A stretch of 64,000 bases of DNA from Phoronis australis (Eukaryota; Animalia; Phoronida), in the NCBI GenBank assembly GCA_002633005.1, contig NMRA01000286.1, forward strand, positions 422,503 through 486,502. The letters run 5' to 3'. This document shows, piece by piece, positions 24,301 to 36,125 of this stretch (position 1 is its first letter; each line of letters begins with the position of its first letter). The notes beneath the pieces are model-generated. The model had not been told where the DNA came from. It saw nothing but the letters and a program-made list of their open reading frames with translations, and made no database searches. Position numbers and translations under genes: made by a program.

Positions 24301-26481
24301 TGGTGAAATAAAAATATTGAATGAGTAAGTTAATAGAGTCTAATAAGCAGTTTTTGTGTTTAAATTTCAAATTTGATTAAATTATGGTTTATTAACACAA
24401 AATGTGCAAAGCAATGCTTAATGTAATTACTCGTAACCCTGTTTTACTGAACTTGGTCGGGCATTACCCTGCTCATACAACACTGCAACACAATATTAAT
24501 GTACTTGGAGAACACATGAAATTAGTTGCCCCATTCAACTACAGGTTTAGTTTTCAATTGACCCCACTGTGATTACACAATTTCAGGAGCTTTAAAAATG
24601 GCAGACCTATTAAAACCAGTTAAAAGGGAGCATTTATGCTTATAAAGGGATACAGTTACTAGTACAGCTGATATCTGCAAGCAGGGATGATATGTTGCTA
24701 TTGAAGATAAAATGTTGGATAGTTACAAAACACTACAAAAAGGAACTGCAAAGAAACTTGTTGCATGAAATCTAAACCAGGTTTAAACATGTTCATTAAT
24801 TTTAGCTTGTACACGTATCAAAATTCATCTTGGTAAAAATCAGACATCATTCATGATTTACATTCAATTTTGATCAATACGGAATGCCAGATCAAATACT
24901 AGCATGCACAGTAGTTTGTTCAGTATATGAATACCTAGTTGCTCAGGTATTGACATAATTGACCTATTGATAAATGAACAAGGTGCATTGATTTCTGATT
25001 CAAATGCAGACGGTCTTAGTTTTGCAGACTGGTGAAGGCGGTACATTCTGTCAAATCCCTTTAGTCTGTTCAAGAAAGTTATGCACTACAATCACCCACA
25101 CTGCCGCAAAGCAAAGGGGCAATGGTCCTGTACTAGCAAGCTCAACTGATTTTCTTTAAAATTAATATAAATATTCCAACAGTTACTTGTGAATAACAGA
25201 TTGATTACAAATACATAGAGAAAACTAAGATTATTTGCATTTCAAGGTTTTGTCATAAATATGAAGTATAAGAACTATCCAAAATCGGCCATGACTATGC
25301 AATCAAATAGCCACAGGACAACATGGTTTGTAACCAACCCTTCTTAACATGTCACCAAGAAAATCGCACTGAAAATAGGATTGAGTGTATTTGTAAAGAA
25401 TCAAAGAACACCAAAAAGGGTCAAATTTATTTACACGTAATTTTGATTCTGCTCATGGTATTCAGTACAATTTCTCTCAAAAGCTATCTCCAGCTCCCAA
25501 TACGATAATTTTCCGTTGGTTAAAGTTCCCCAGGAGCATTACCAACTCAACACCTGCAACACTATACAGAGTCTCATACTGAGTAGCAGAGGTTGGTGGA
25601 TCACTTACAAGAAAGCTAAACTGTTTCGTTTGCTATTTCACATCAATTTTACATGTAGCAAATGTACCAACAGCTTAAAACTATTCAGAAGAGCAAGAAG
25701 TGTTCGAAATTCATAAAATGTTTCTTTGGACTTTTCTGATGAAACAATTACGTAACATGCAGATATAAATATTTAGTGTGGCAGCTTTTGATAATAAATC
25801 GAATAAGTACAGTGGAGACAGGTCTACCACATATTAGCTGGCTAACTAATCCACCAGGACTGAGTTGCATAAAGCTTCAAAAGTTATCCGCTGGATAAGT
25901 TGGATTGTTGCATGACGTCAGGTGCATCGTTCAACAATAGCAACGTGATGTGTGATAATGCGACGTCATTGTTACTGTACGGCGGATAACTTTTATGCAA
26001 CTGGGCCCAGACGTCATTCAGAACTTACAGTACATCCACTGAACAGGCGTTATTCAGCAGAATTAAACAGTTCTCATCATTTCACAATTTCGAAGACTAA
26101 AATGCAACATTACTCAAATACGCTTTGCAGGTTGCGTGAAAGATGTAAGTCGAGTAGGCCTACATAGCCGTAGGTCGGAGTGGTCGATTGTGCCTTGAAC
26201 ACGATGTGATAAGAAAACATTGAGATAAACTGAAAATGTTCACTTAAAAGCCATTAAAGTTAAACGTAATAGCACCTCTTATTGCGATGAACATTTCAGA
26301 ATCCTGACTGTCAAGACGTATACAGATCGATTTCGTTTGAGATTACTTGTGTTAGTTGTAGGCTATGCGAACCTGGCCGAGATTGAGAATTCTGTGGAGG
26401 ATCCACGTCACACAATCTACTACGGCATACCTGTATTACTTTCTCCAACCGCTGGTCTCTTTCGTCGTCCAGATAGCTCAT
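186..26481 (-). CDS. CROCC: Rootletin (ciliary rootlet coiled-coil protein), 5' part of a multi-exon gene continuing off the left edge
   Basis: GT-AG exons in consistent phases: 26431-26481, 22927-23220, 9867-10061, [6926-7009 | 6797-6877 | 5598-5681], 4598-4725, 4078-4456, 3133-3666, 2400-2536, 1553-1674, 731-988, 186-349. Peptides VPARIREIITKNLS, QEENRMLQAELNRVEDLLAASRAERDEIGIKYNALSE, LIKLEEEQQRSASLAHVNSMLREQLDQA, FNEYFSAEHSRLLSLWR, AVQAALNKRQLQV and LNEGLGQDKIDLN match vertebrate rootletin as recalled. Confidence 0.93.
731..988 (-). CDS. CROCC: Rootletin exon (EIHTENEKLQ...ERAEL)
   Basis: 258 nt, TAG/GTAAGT, phase 1-1. Confidence 0.9.
1553..1674 (-). CDS. CROCC: Rootletin exon (HRDRDDSFRDRER...QQID)
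   Basis: 122 nt, CAG/GTATG, phase 2-1. Confidence 0.88.
2400..2536 (-). CDS. CROCC: Rootletin exon (VSEYRAKL...EELNNA)
   Basis: 137 nt, TAG/GTGAG, phase 0-2. Confidence 0.88.
3133..3666 (-). CDS. CROCC: Rootletin exon (VSAERER...ALNKRQLQ)
   Basis: 534 nt, phase 0-0; includes the Ser/Arg-rich linker RSTSPVRSHSRTRTRSASPRR. Confidence 0.92.
4078..4456 (-). CDS. CROCC: Rootletin exon (SASLAHVNSMLREQLDQA...DTQQQ)
   Basis: 379 nt, phase 2-0, core rootletin domain. Confidence 0.92.
4598..4725 (-). CDS. CROCC: Rootletin exon (LKDTTD...LIKLEEEQQR)
   Basis: 128 nt, CAG/GTGAG, phase 0-2. Confidence 0.9.
5598..5681 (-). CDS. CROCC: Rootletin alternative exon C (GLQLNRRIAELEAELAAYFHESEREHAK)
   Basis: 84 nt, phase 0-0, TAG/GTAAT, open frame; LQ..R..ELE register shared with A/B. 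Confidence 0.65.
5781..6456. mobile_element. Degenerate non-autonomous Tc1/mariner(pogo)-type MITE
   Basis: TA|CCGTAAACTCGCCGGTTAATGCCC ... GGGTGTTAACCAGTGAGTTCACAG|TA imperfect TIRs; subterminal GGGTGGGCGATTACCC repeats at both ends. Confidence 0.6.
6797..6877 (-). CDS. CROCC: Rootletin alternative exon B (VLQYKKKCTELETQNAELKVDVEHSKS)
   Basis: 81 nt, phase 0-0, CAG/GTAAGT; paralog of exon A, 48 nt away. Confidence 0.85.
6926..7009 (-). CDS. CROCC: Rootletin alternative exon A (VLQYKKKCGELENSLQEKDDQLRRSRLS)
   Basis: 84 nt, phase 0-0, TAG/GTAAG; same length as the recalled human ILQYKKRCSELEQQ... segment. Confidence 0.85.
9867..10061 (-). CDS. CROCC: Rootletin exon (LESQLKG...QAQLVQKLQAK)
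   Basis: 195 nt, CAG/GTGAG, YKRKLQAYQDGQQRQAQLVQKLQ motif. Confidence 0.9.
18021..18470. mobile_element. Foldback element with ~207-bp inverted arms
   Basis: Arms 18021-18227 and 18264-18470 (CAAGGTACCT...AGGTACCTTG) built of ~20-bp ACGGACTCAYAAACACG subrepeats; flanks TGGAA/TGGAT. Confidence 0.85.
19626..19990. mobile_element. Foldback non-autonomous DNA transposon with CAC...GTG termini and 5-bp TSD (Transib/RAG-like signature)
   Basis: TAGTT|CACGGGTGAAAAACAACATGACC ... GGTCATGTTGTTTCTCACCCGTG|TAGTT; arms 19626-19797 and 19818-19990 nearly perfect. Confidence 0.88.
21111..21136. repeat. (CA)n microsatellite
   Basis: atacacacacacacatacacacacac. Confidence 0.8.
22927..23220 (-). CDS. CROCC: Rootletin exon 2 (KLEDTVL...KYNALSEK)
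   Basis: 294 nt, TAG acceptor and GTAGG donor, conserved N-terminal rootletin motif. Confidence 0.9.
25858..26007. mobile_element. PIF/Harbinger-type MITE
   Basis: CAG|GACTGAGTTGCATAAA..AAGTTATCCGC ... GCGGATAACTTTTATGCAACTGGGCC|CAG; 3-bp CAG TSD. Confidence 0.6.
26431..26481 (-). CDS. CROCC: Rootletin first coding exon (MSYLDDERDQRLEKVIQ)
   Basis: ATG with in-frame upstream TAA; CAG|GTATGC phase-0 donor; LEKVIQ|KLEDTVL parallels human LETVIQ|TLESSVL. Confidence 0.8.
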
Positions 26482-26862
26482 TGGCGTTTATCCTGGACGC
26501 TTGCGCCAACTGAAACCAGGCACGTGCGCTCAGTAGACTCACACCGTGTCAAAAAAAATCACCGGTCGCACAACCACTTCGCTTCGCTCCAAGATGGCGC
26601 CTCAAAACGGAAAGAGATCGTCAAAAAGAGCCAAGCGAATGTCAAGAACTAGCTCTTCCCCGAACAACCAACTCGTAGATCCAGAGCAAGAACTTAGAAC
26701 CCCGTTGTTATTTTTAGGACTCTGAAGCTGGCAAAACACAGGGAGTGAGTTGCGGGAACGCACGCACACAGCAAAGGGCTGAACACCGTACTGCGATTTA
26801 ATAGGTCAAATTTTGCTCGGTAGGCGGGACCGACGCGACCCCCAGCAAAGAATAGCGTCCAT

Positions 26863-26875
26863 GTTACTTGGTAAC
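26863..26875. promoter_or_regulatory. RFX X-box-like palindrome GTTACTTGGTAAC in the rootletin promoter
   Basis: Fits GTTRC-N-GYAAC; about 380 bp upstream of the ATG at 26481 in a CpG-enriched patch. RFX control of ciliary genes is well established. Confidence 0.6.
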
Positions 26876-27626
26876 GGCAAAAGGTGGCTGGGATTTTTGT
26901 TTCTTGTTTATTTAGAAATTAGCGAGTGCACGTTTTTAAAAGAAGTATAAGTTATGCAACGACGTTTTGCTGGGAAATCCACATTCAATAAACAGTTAAA
27001 TTGCAGAAGTAATGTCTGATGATACGCCATACGTTTTTGTGAGGACTTTAAAGTATTTCAGTTATATAAAAACATCATGAACGAAAAAACTTGGGTCGGG
27101 ATAAAAGTTTTACAAGATCATCAACGTGCATACAATCACAGGGGTGCAAACATTATGCAGGCTAATTTAATCGGCATCAGATTACGAATATTATGAGGAA
27201 ATATAAGTGTCAGGCTGTGTAGGGCTATCTCTTTGACCACAAAAATACTGCTGCCCTCTTTTGAGGAAGAACACTACTCTTTCTATATTGCTTATCACTA
27301 ACACATCATTCAAATTATCAACATTGTTCCACAGAGGATAGAACACTGTCAACGTCTAGTTGACTACAAGAAATTCTGAAGCGACAAGGTGAGGACGATA
27401 AAGTCAGTGATCGTGGGCCCGGGAGAGGGCGATGAAATTGTGGCGACCGGAGCTGCAATTGATGGCGACCGCGGGAAGTGAGGTGGCGATCTTGGGTGAA
27501 AAAATCTTACGCGCCTGTGTTTGGGCCAGTTTTGACCATATACTCCCCCGAGTATCCAGTCCAGTAAGGCCTATGGTTGTCACGACCAGATTCCAATTTC
27601 CCATGAGGGGGGGGGGGGGGGGGGGG

Positions 27627-27638
27627 NNNNNNNNNNNN
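27627..27638. other. Assembly gap (Ns) after a poly-G run
   Basis: Run of n characters. Confidence 0.95.
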
Positions 27639-28486
27639 AGGTGAGCTGTTGGCGCTTTTTCGTATCACATTTCCTACTACTAATGTTCACTTCATTAGTG
27701 GTGGTTTAAATTCTGTAAAGGCCATATCTGTCACGGTAATAAGAGAATCTTATATTCTGATTGAGTTTGTTGGGTAAAAGCTGTTAGTCCAAAGACCTTT
27801 CGTACTGAATTAAAATTTAGAACAAGTACCTTGAATACTCAACCGTCAAATATCTAAAACACTACGTATACAACCATGACGCCGTGCCTTTGGGCTTGCT
27901 TCCTACGCGGGTTGGGCACTTTCGTGAACATATTACGCATTGCTCACTGGATGCCGGGGTTACCTTTCACGAATAATTTGCCTACGAAAGGACGCTGCCT
28001 TTCCGACAAGAACACGTTCTTAAGGATATCTGATTTAATTCCTTACCAAACGGATTTTTAATATTTTCACTATTAGCTATGTTGCAAGACTATACTCATG
28101 TTTGACAAGTCATCTCTTCTTGTATTGTTTGAGGTTTGCTGTGATAAAAAGTACCTGTCCAAGAATCCGTACGAAAGGGTTGCATCCAACCTTCAGGTCA
28201 CAAAGAATCAGTCCTGGAAGACTTTCAAACGACGACGCACGGCCCTTTTGCATACGGTCAGTGACCGAGCGAGTAGTCAGTCTAATCGAGTTCCATGCGG
28301 GTGAGATTTTATTACGTTCTTCCTGCTGTTATTCGTTGTTAGATTTCATGCATTGAGGTACAATAACTCGGTCAAATCAACGATAGAGAACGTAAAGAAA
28401 AATTGACATAAAGGTTTTGTTGAGCAAGTAAAGACACAATACCGGCAACAAAAATTAATTAATAATTTTCCTACAACGATACTTAC

Positions 28487-28522
28487 AGAGCTTCTGTCTC
28501 CGATGTTGAAGCTTTCATAGCC
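28487..28522 (-). CDS. Probable 36-nt micro-exon (GYESFNIGDRSS) of the long rootletin N-terminus
   Basis: TTTTAG acceptor, GTAAGT donor, phase 0-0, open frame. Confidence 0.5.
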
Positions 28523-29534
28523 CTAAAACGTAAAAAAATGTTAATGATTGGGTCCAAAACTGAAGTGTACAAACAAATGTTAGCAACGTACATGTAGTTG
28601 CAACAAAAACTATTTAGAATATTGAGCAGCGTATTATTGATATTTTAGACGAGTTGCAACCCGATAGAGTGTTTGCTGTCAAGCCTTGGCATTTTTTTCG
28701 GCAACTGCATTATCATCCATGTTTTAGATAATATTCTAAAACTGTTTTGAAGTGCACTTCCAATGCATTCACCAAGTACTGTAATGTGTAAACGGCTTTG
28801 AAAATAAGCGAACATACTGAAAACCATATACTAAATATTAAGAATTCTTGTCTGAACCGTATTTTCATTCATACCCAATGACAAATTGATATAGGCCGAT
28901 AAGAGGCTCTGTCAAACGATAGACACTAATAGTTATCTAGATTAGACGACTAAGAAAACATCTGCACAGAAGTTGGCATCAATGACAATAGTTATAAAGA
29001 AATTTCACACACACTTCTCGTGTAGAAATATATGGATCAGTACCAGTGAACAACACATATTCAAGCGGGCGTATTACTTCTGACGAGACGACAGAAGTAT
29101 TTGTGTGAACGCACTTGAAACTTGTTTAATCGTACGTGATTCGTCTCCTTGCACAAGGATAAATTCGGGATTCAAAAAGTTTCATCTAGCGTAGTTCATA
29201 ACGGTAATTACACTGAAGGGCTAAAATTCATCTGGCCAGCTAATTCGGTGATCGCGACACAAACACACAAGAGGTGCTTTTATCATAGCCCAGAACTGAG
29301 TGACTGAAGTGTTTTGTGGTGGACTAGACGCGAATAGCAAAGTAATTCTCAAAAGATTGCCAAGCTTCAGGTTGCTTACAAGAAAAACTGATTCAGTGAA
29401 GGAACACTGGCTTGTCCAGTTTACCTTTTCCATGTTTACGCAGTATGATTTGACCCTAAGTATTAGAGCGAGTACACTCGTTTGATATAATGCAAGACAC
29501 AAATTCCTAAATTTTTACCAAAACATGAACTTAC

Positions 29535-29660
29535 GTAATCGATGGGGGAAGAAGTCCTTCCGTGCTTTCCCAGTACTTGGTCCGCTTCCCAGGTGTCCAA
29601 GTTGTCCGTATCACCTTGGAAATCGTGACTAACCGGAACTTCATAGTCGTCCCCTGACAT
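29535..29660 (-). CDS. Probable alternative upstream first coding exon of rootletin (MSGDDYEVPVSHDFQGDTDNLDTWEADQVLGKHGRTSSPIDY)
   Basis: AAAATG start, 126 nt open frame, TAC|GTAAGT phase-0 donor; CpG-richer sequence just upstream. Confidence 0.6.
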
Positions 29661-32600
29661 TTTTATCAGTTGGTCTCCAAAATGCACGAAATGAAAGGTC
29701 CGCCGCGACTTCGAATACCTCGCTTAAAAACCCAAACACGCGCAGGCTCGCTGAGAACCCCAGGTGTCGATAAAGATTCTATACAGTAGCTAAAGGTAGT
29801 GAGGTCTAATGAATTGTACCCGTGCCTTCAACCAATGAATAGAAAGGGCAATAAAATATCAGCAATAATCAGCTAAGCGTGATTTGTTATGTGTTCAATA
29901 ACGAAGTGTATTGATTTGTTGATCAGCGTTCAATATACCTTTTTCGGTGACATTTCCAAGGGGACTAGACTGATGTTTCAATGGTTTTAAAAGCGCATTT
30001 TTCATGAGAGGAGCTAAAGTTTAAATTAGTTGCGTGCAATATGTCTGACAAATACGCTTGGTTTCTAAGACGCAAGATAAGAAAATCTTGGTCAAATATA
30101 TGTTTTGTGTAATGAAGTTCCCGTTTGATAATCATTTTGATTCAAGCGAGCTTGATTGATTGACTGATTTTAATAGGAGATGCACACAGTATATATAAAC
30201 GAATGACAGTAAATATGTGACATAACAAATAATTAAGACAAGATAAAATGGTATTTCATGTCTAAAACAAAACGTGAACAACAGGATACCACAGTGAAAC
30301 AATTAATATCTGTGGTCTTCCCTTACGAAGAACATACAGAATGAAAAGGCGTGAAGAAGAACAAAAACATGCAGCATCTGAGTTTGGTGAAGATCACGGA
30401 AAAACGCCATTTGGCCCGATTTTGACCATACTAAGTTATAATCTGATTTGAAGCGTTTTTCAACATTTCAAATTTCCAACAGGTGGCGTGCAGACCAGAC
30501 TGAAAAATGTTTGTGATCTATACTTCCACAAGGGTTCAAGGTTTAGATATTTATATATTTCAAATTGCCAATTTCGCTCATTTCCTGTATTTTTCTGAGA
30601 TAATTGTTGCTCAATGATAATAAGTGCACATTGTTCCCTTTTGGATAATCTATGATATACGAAACTAAAGTGCACATATGTCCTGTATGGCTAAAAAAAT
30701 GCCACAACCCCACGTTTATCATCTGGGTTTAATTTCATAGACGCAAGAATCTCGCTAAGGAAACTAGACAGTTTGATGATGTGCTTCACTTGTTATACAT
30801 GGCGATAGTCTAGTGAAATCTTATGTGTTCATGTTTATTCGTGAGATTCTCGCCCTCACGTAAGGCATGCCAGGATTTTATGGTACAAGTAGCGTCAGTG
30901 AAGGTTGTACATAGACTGACCAATCAAGAACCAGATGTAAGTGATTTACACAAGTTTCAGATGCTAGGGTGTAGCATTGAGACTTGTATAAGACTGTTCT
31001 CAGAATGCTGATCCAATATGTTTACCAATAGATGTCCCTGATGCGTACCACAAACAGCTAGTTGACATCGTTCATTTTTCGACAATGGAAATTCTGACAT
31101 TTGTTGAGTAGAAAAATAAAAAAGACAGCATCTCAGAAAGAGGGTGCTACAAAAAGATATTTGAGAAAGCTAACCCATCATACAAACCATAAAAAACTCG
31201 CTGCACATCAAGCGTGGTGCATTAGGCAATCGTTATTTTAACACACAATACAGCGACACACATTTCACAGTAAGCCATATACAAAGCTGTACATTAAAAA
31301 TTTAGTGCGTGCTTAGGAAACAAATTTAAGTGGCTTTTAATACTCTTTCCTAACAAGTAAAAATTGAATGCTATATGGACCGAATGCGTCTGCTATGTAT
31401 TTGAAGCCGTAAACGTGAATTATTCGAATTTGGCGACATATTTACCTTGAACTTAACAATGAATGTTACTTCAAGTGAATAAAAAGGTTACTAATCTAAT
31501 GAAATTATAAAAAAGTGCCACGAAAAATTGACCCCTGAAAATAGCTTTCAGCGTTTGTTTTGTCACATGGCGAGCCAACTCAAGCCTGCTTTATGACAAA
31601 CGAAAGAATAATTTATATAATAAATTAGGAAACATAAATACGTGAAGAGTTGTAAGTGAATGTTTTAACATTTTAAAAAAACTTAGAATTGGATTATGCC
31701 GATGAGCTAGAATAAACTACTAGAAATTGTGTAGTCTATAAACTACATGTCATTCATACTCTTCAATTCTGAGACATTTGTTAAAATGGAGATTCTACGC
31801 GGCATGCGGAGCACTTGACTAGAATTGCGTTTAGCCGAAAAATCCATTGGATTTTGACGCAATCATTGAACTTTGTGTTGCTTCCAAAACCCACAAAGCT
31901 CCAGTAAACGTTTAGTAGACCGATACATATACGCCGAGACAAGATGTCTTCTTGAGCAATGAATCATATCTGACTATGAGAAAAAACAATGAGGAGCCAG
32001 AACAAAAATGCTTTTGCTAACTATCAAGCTCATTAATTGACATTGATTCTCTCATCTTCTTGAAAACTGGAGGATGCGTTAGTAAGTGCGTTCGTGCGCA
32101 CGTGTGTCAGTGTGCATGGGTGTTGCGGAGGAGGAGGTCGGGGTTTGTTGCCGGAGAGTACGTCAGGAATGCCTGGTGTCGTGTTACCTTGGGGCCCTCT
32201 TTGGCTATTGACGACACAGTGTATTCCCCAGGTTTATACGCATGCGTGCACTATCACACTAAGAACAGGGGGGGGGGCGAAGTTGGGTGCAGTCCCCATA
32301 GCGGCTACACCACAAGCGATTAGAAAAAAATCTCTTGAATCACTTTGCATTCTAGTGGGTTGCATCATCATTAGAAACAAGTGGCGTGAATGGTATTTTT
32401 ATTATCTTTGTTGGTGTACAATCATAAGTTTGTAATATGACAATTGTTATCTTTTTACTGTAATGAGAATTATGGTTCCTCTAATAAACATTAAAAACGT
32501 ACAAAAAACAAACATCACAAACAACTAGAGGGAACATAATGAACCTAATACTGCCGATGGTCGATCACGTGGGCATAGGTAGCGCTGGGTCTAGACGCGG

Positions 32601-34975
32601 GCGTTTCGTCAATCTCTTCTTTTACCAGCGGCTAATAAGTATTTAGCTAGGTCTTAACTATTTCATTTCTGCATGACATTTTACAGTTAAAATTGCTAAC
32701 TACTTTGGTAATAACCTGCAGTTCACACCCACCTATACTAACTCACTGCCTCTCCGTCTCAGATTCTTGTCTTGTTCGCCACCTAATCCCTATATCCACC
32801 CACTACTATTTGCTAACCCCCCCTCCCTCTCTCGCCACTTATTGATTTTGCTGCATTCGAGACAGTTGACACCCATTTTCCACTCCCTTTTTTCCATTCC
32901 CCACTGCCACCATCGACTTTTCTGTTGGCCACGCCCATCATAATTGCCGTTGCAAAGCTTCATAAGGCTAAAGCAAATGAGACAGAAGTCCCCTGCATAC
33001 GTATTACCTGTGTTCTTACCAAGTGCTACGAGAGGTAGACCAACTTTCTTGCGAGAAAAGCAAAGCCTCACAAGACCTCAGGAAATCACTTGCGCGGCTA
33101 AAGGCGAGTGTCTCGCGAGTACGGTAACATTTTTTGCCGATTTCCAGCTTGAAAAACCAGTTCTTGGCTGTTTCACAGGATGTACAAAATCTGAAAATAT
33201 GAACAATGTACTGAGCCAAAAACATCAAAACCTTGCACCAATTCTATTGAAACTGATTTCAAAGTCAATTTTAAGTCTTTTACAACTACCGGAAGTGCAG
33301 CCGGCTACTTAAAATTTATGCAAAAATACACTAAATCACTAGCTTTCACCCAAAAGCCATCCTTTGCATGCGATGACAGTGCATCCAGACTGCCAAAACT
33401 CTCCAGACAGAAATCAAGCTAAAAGTGGATGTCTACGAGACAGATATTTTACAAATCCTAAATGTCTGAAGGATACCCGAATTTCCTGCTGAACGTCCCG
33501 CTTGCAAGCTGGAAAGATTCAAGAAAAGCCGCGAGTAAGCAAAAAGTGGGACCAGGTGTCATCAATTGGCAATCTTTCACGCAGATCATTAAAAATCAAG
33601 CAAGTGCCAATTGTGACCTTCACAAACAGCACAAAACTTAAAATCCCTAGCTAACCCAACAGGCGCCAATTTTTAATAAAATTGTAAATTCGATCAACTG
33701 TGGCAGAAAAACCTATTGTGGGCCAACAACTTTATACCAAAAACATCTAAAACAACTGCAACGGTAGATCAACTGTCAAATTAGAACGCCGGCAAACACT
33801 ATTTAACGCTAGTACGATACACATATGTTAATTAGCTGATCTCAAATTACGAGCATATATGACATCACAGAAAATCGGTATAACCATTCCCAGCACTAGT
33901 CATCTTCCTTTGTGTTTAGTGTGAAAAGTCGTCAGAAATTGCTGTTCGTTTCCCCATGTTGTAGGGTATCATAAGGAATGGCGGGCCTTGCGTTTGCTGT
34001 GGTAACGACAGCTAAGTATTTGACTACGCCTCACACTTTCATCAGGACAACCAAGAAGAGCGTATATGGCTGCACACGTTTGCACAAGAAACTTGCGTGA
34101 TGTGGACATGACACACTGACGCTGGGTATTCTCATCCGTCACACTCGTATGTCCGTGGACCTCAAAAACTTTCAACTGTAGTCCCTTTTTTCTATTTTCT
34201 CGTTTTCTGGATGTTGTTATTTCAAACTGTATTATATTTACAATGCTGGGGGGATTAAGTGGTATACGCAGCGGAATATCGGTATATCCACGATAATTCT
34301 GACTCTTATAGATTAGGCCTACCAACCCATTCACACCAACGGAGTTTCGTTCAGAAGTCAGGTCAGCTTCAAACAGCTTGGTACCGTGTTGTTAACGTAA
34401 CTGTTTTGCACGTGCTTCGGTGCACTTGGGTGACACGATTATGTCAGCTGCCAAGCGCTCGGCGCACATCTCAGTGAAGATTTGGAAAAACTAGTTTTCT
34501 TCCGATTAGATAAAAGTTCAGTTTTAATAGTTGGTGGTCACCGAAAGTCTGGTGCATTCGAATAAGAATACACGAGTCTTGCCGTGGAGGTCACGCAAGT
34601 CACGTGCTGTCACCCACATAGGCTTCATTACTTGAAGCGGAAGTGCTCAAACCCAGTAAGAGGAATATAAACTTTGCTTACTGATTCTCTTAATTGACCC
34701 CTCTCGAAGTCACTGCATCCACAGAAGTGGTAGCCTGTACGGGAGATAGCGCTCAAAAGGGTGTTTTTTCTCGACCAAGTTCGAAAAGGTGCCTTTGCTG
34801 ACAAAATTTCATACAAAAGGGTTGAATTCGCTTCTGGAGTTTGACATGAAATGTTCTGTTTTCCAATTGCACAAATCTACAGAAGCTTTTTAATATTATC
34901 TTTTTATAAAAAAATTTGTTGCAAAAGGTAGGCCCTCGCTTTTCGACAGCCTTCTACCAGGTCCCCTACATAAAT

Positions 34976-36125
34976 CAGTGGCGGATCTAGGATATCATAA
35001 GGGGGGGCCCAACATTTTGTCCGGCTGTAAGAATTTGTGTAAACTGAACCACTATTGTAGATGCGCATAGCACCGAATGGGGGGAGGTCGGGAGGGGGGT
35101 TTGCCCCCCTCCCGCCCAGGAAATTTTTCTGTTTTTACCTCTAAAAATCAAGCATTTTCCTTGATTCCTGAAGTATTATTCACGAAAAAAGGCAAAAAAA
35201 CGGAGAACGTGTCAAACAGGAAAAACTGCATGTAGCAAAAACTCGAACTCACGACCTGGCGATTAGTGCACGCGTGCGTTGCCACTACACCACCACAATT
35301 GAACTACTAATCTCATACTAAGAGACCTACTTGTTTATGGTCCACAGCGTTTGCGCGCGAAACCTACTTCTTTTTTGTAATGCTTATTACACTTTTATAT
35401 TTTGTGCCATCTATTCTTAACAAATTTGTCGTATTTAAAATAGTCTTCAAATGCCAAAAAGACCAAATCCATTTTTCGTCTTGGCAAAAATGACGGGATT
35501 GCTTTGGAAATCGTCTTAAAATAAGGTTTGGCAAAGAGAGTATTGCGAGTTTCTGAGTGATTCACTAAGGCTTCGATTAAAATTCACATCTTACCAGCAG
35601 TTTTTTCATCGTCACTCAGGTTCCATTTTCTTTAAAAAATGAAGTAAATTTTCTTCATTGCACAGTGGAGCAGACGACGGAAACGGAGTCGTAGTGCGCA
35701 GCGCCGCTGCCTGTAGCCTGCGATATCGCGGGAGAGCCTATACTTAGCCGTGATAGTTCCGTTACGAATGCGCCGTGTTCCGAATTTGACACTTGAAATT
35801 GGATTTGAGCCCCCCCCCCTCCCCAACACTAAAACTGCACACATTTAAATTTTTTTTCATCCATATAATTTTAATTACCGGGGTTAATTTATAAACTCAA
35901 CATTTCCCTGCGCTCTTACTGTTTTATTTTTTTTGCGGCAGCCAAGGGGGGGGAGGCCTAAATCCGCCTATGTAAATTAAGGGTTCCCAGATTGGACTTA
36001 TAACATGGATATCATTCTAGGGTTAAAGAGGCCTTTTCAGCTGCATTTTAGTTTACGACTTTAGAAAACGGAGTTTAATGCAACACAGTTCAGCCGAAAG
36101 TTGGGCCCCCCTAAATCCGCCTATG
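34976..36125. mobile_element. Non-autonomous DNA transposon (CAGTGGCGGATC...ATCCGCCTATG) with TAAAT 5-bp TSD and duplicated right end
   Basis: TAAAT|CAGTGGCGGATCTAG at 34976; CTAAATCCGCCTATG|TAAAT ending at both 35972 and 36125. Confidence 0.65.
35238..35298 (-). pseudogene. tRNA-derived (SINE-head/pseudo-tRNA) sequence inside the MITE
   Basis: Minus strand TGGTGTAGTGG (A box) ... GTGAGTTCGAGT (B box) at tRNA spacing; acceptor and anticodon stems not intact. Confidence 0.45.

Noticed and set aside
26431-26512. Splicing of the upstream N-terminal exons into the MSYLDD exon via the TTTCAG acceptor
   Set aside because: Gives a 79-nt exon that shifts frame, and a TAA lies in frame with the ATG.
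35238-35298. Functional tRNA gene
   Set aside because: A and B boxes are present but the cloverleaf stems do not pair; kept only as a tRNA-derived relic.
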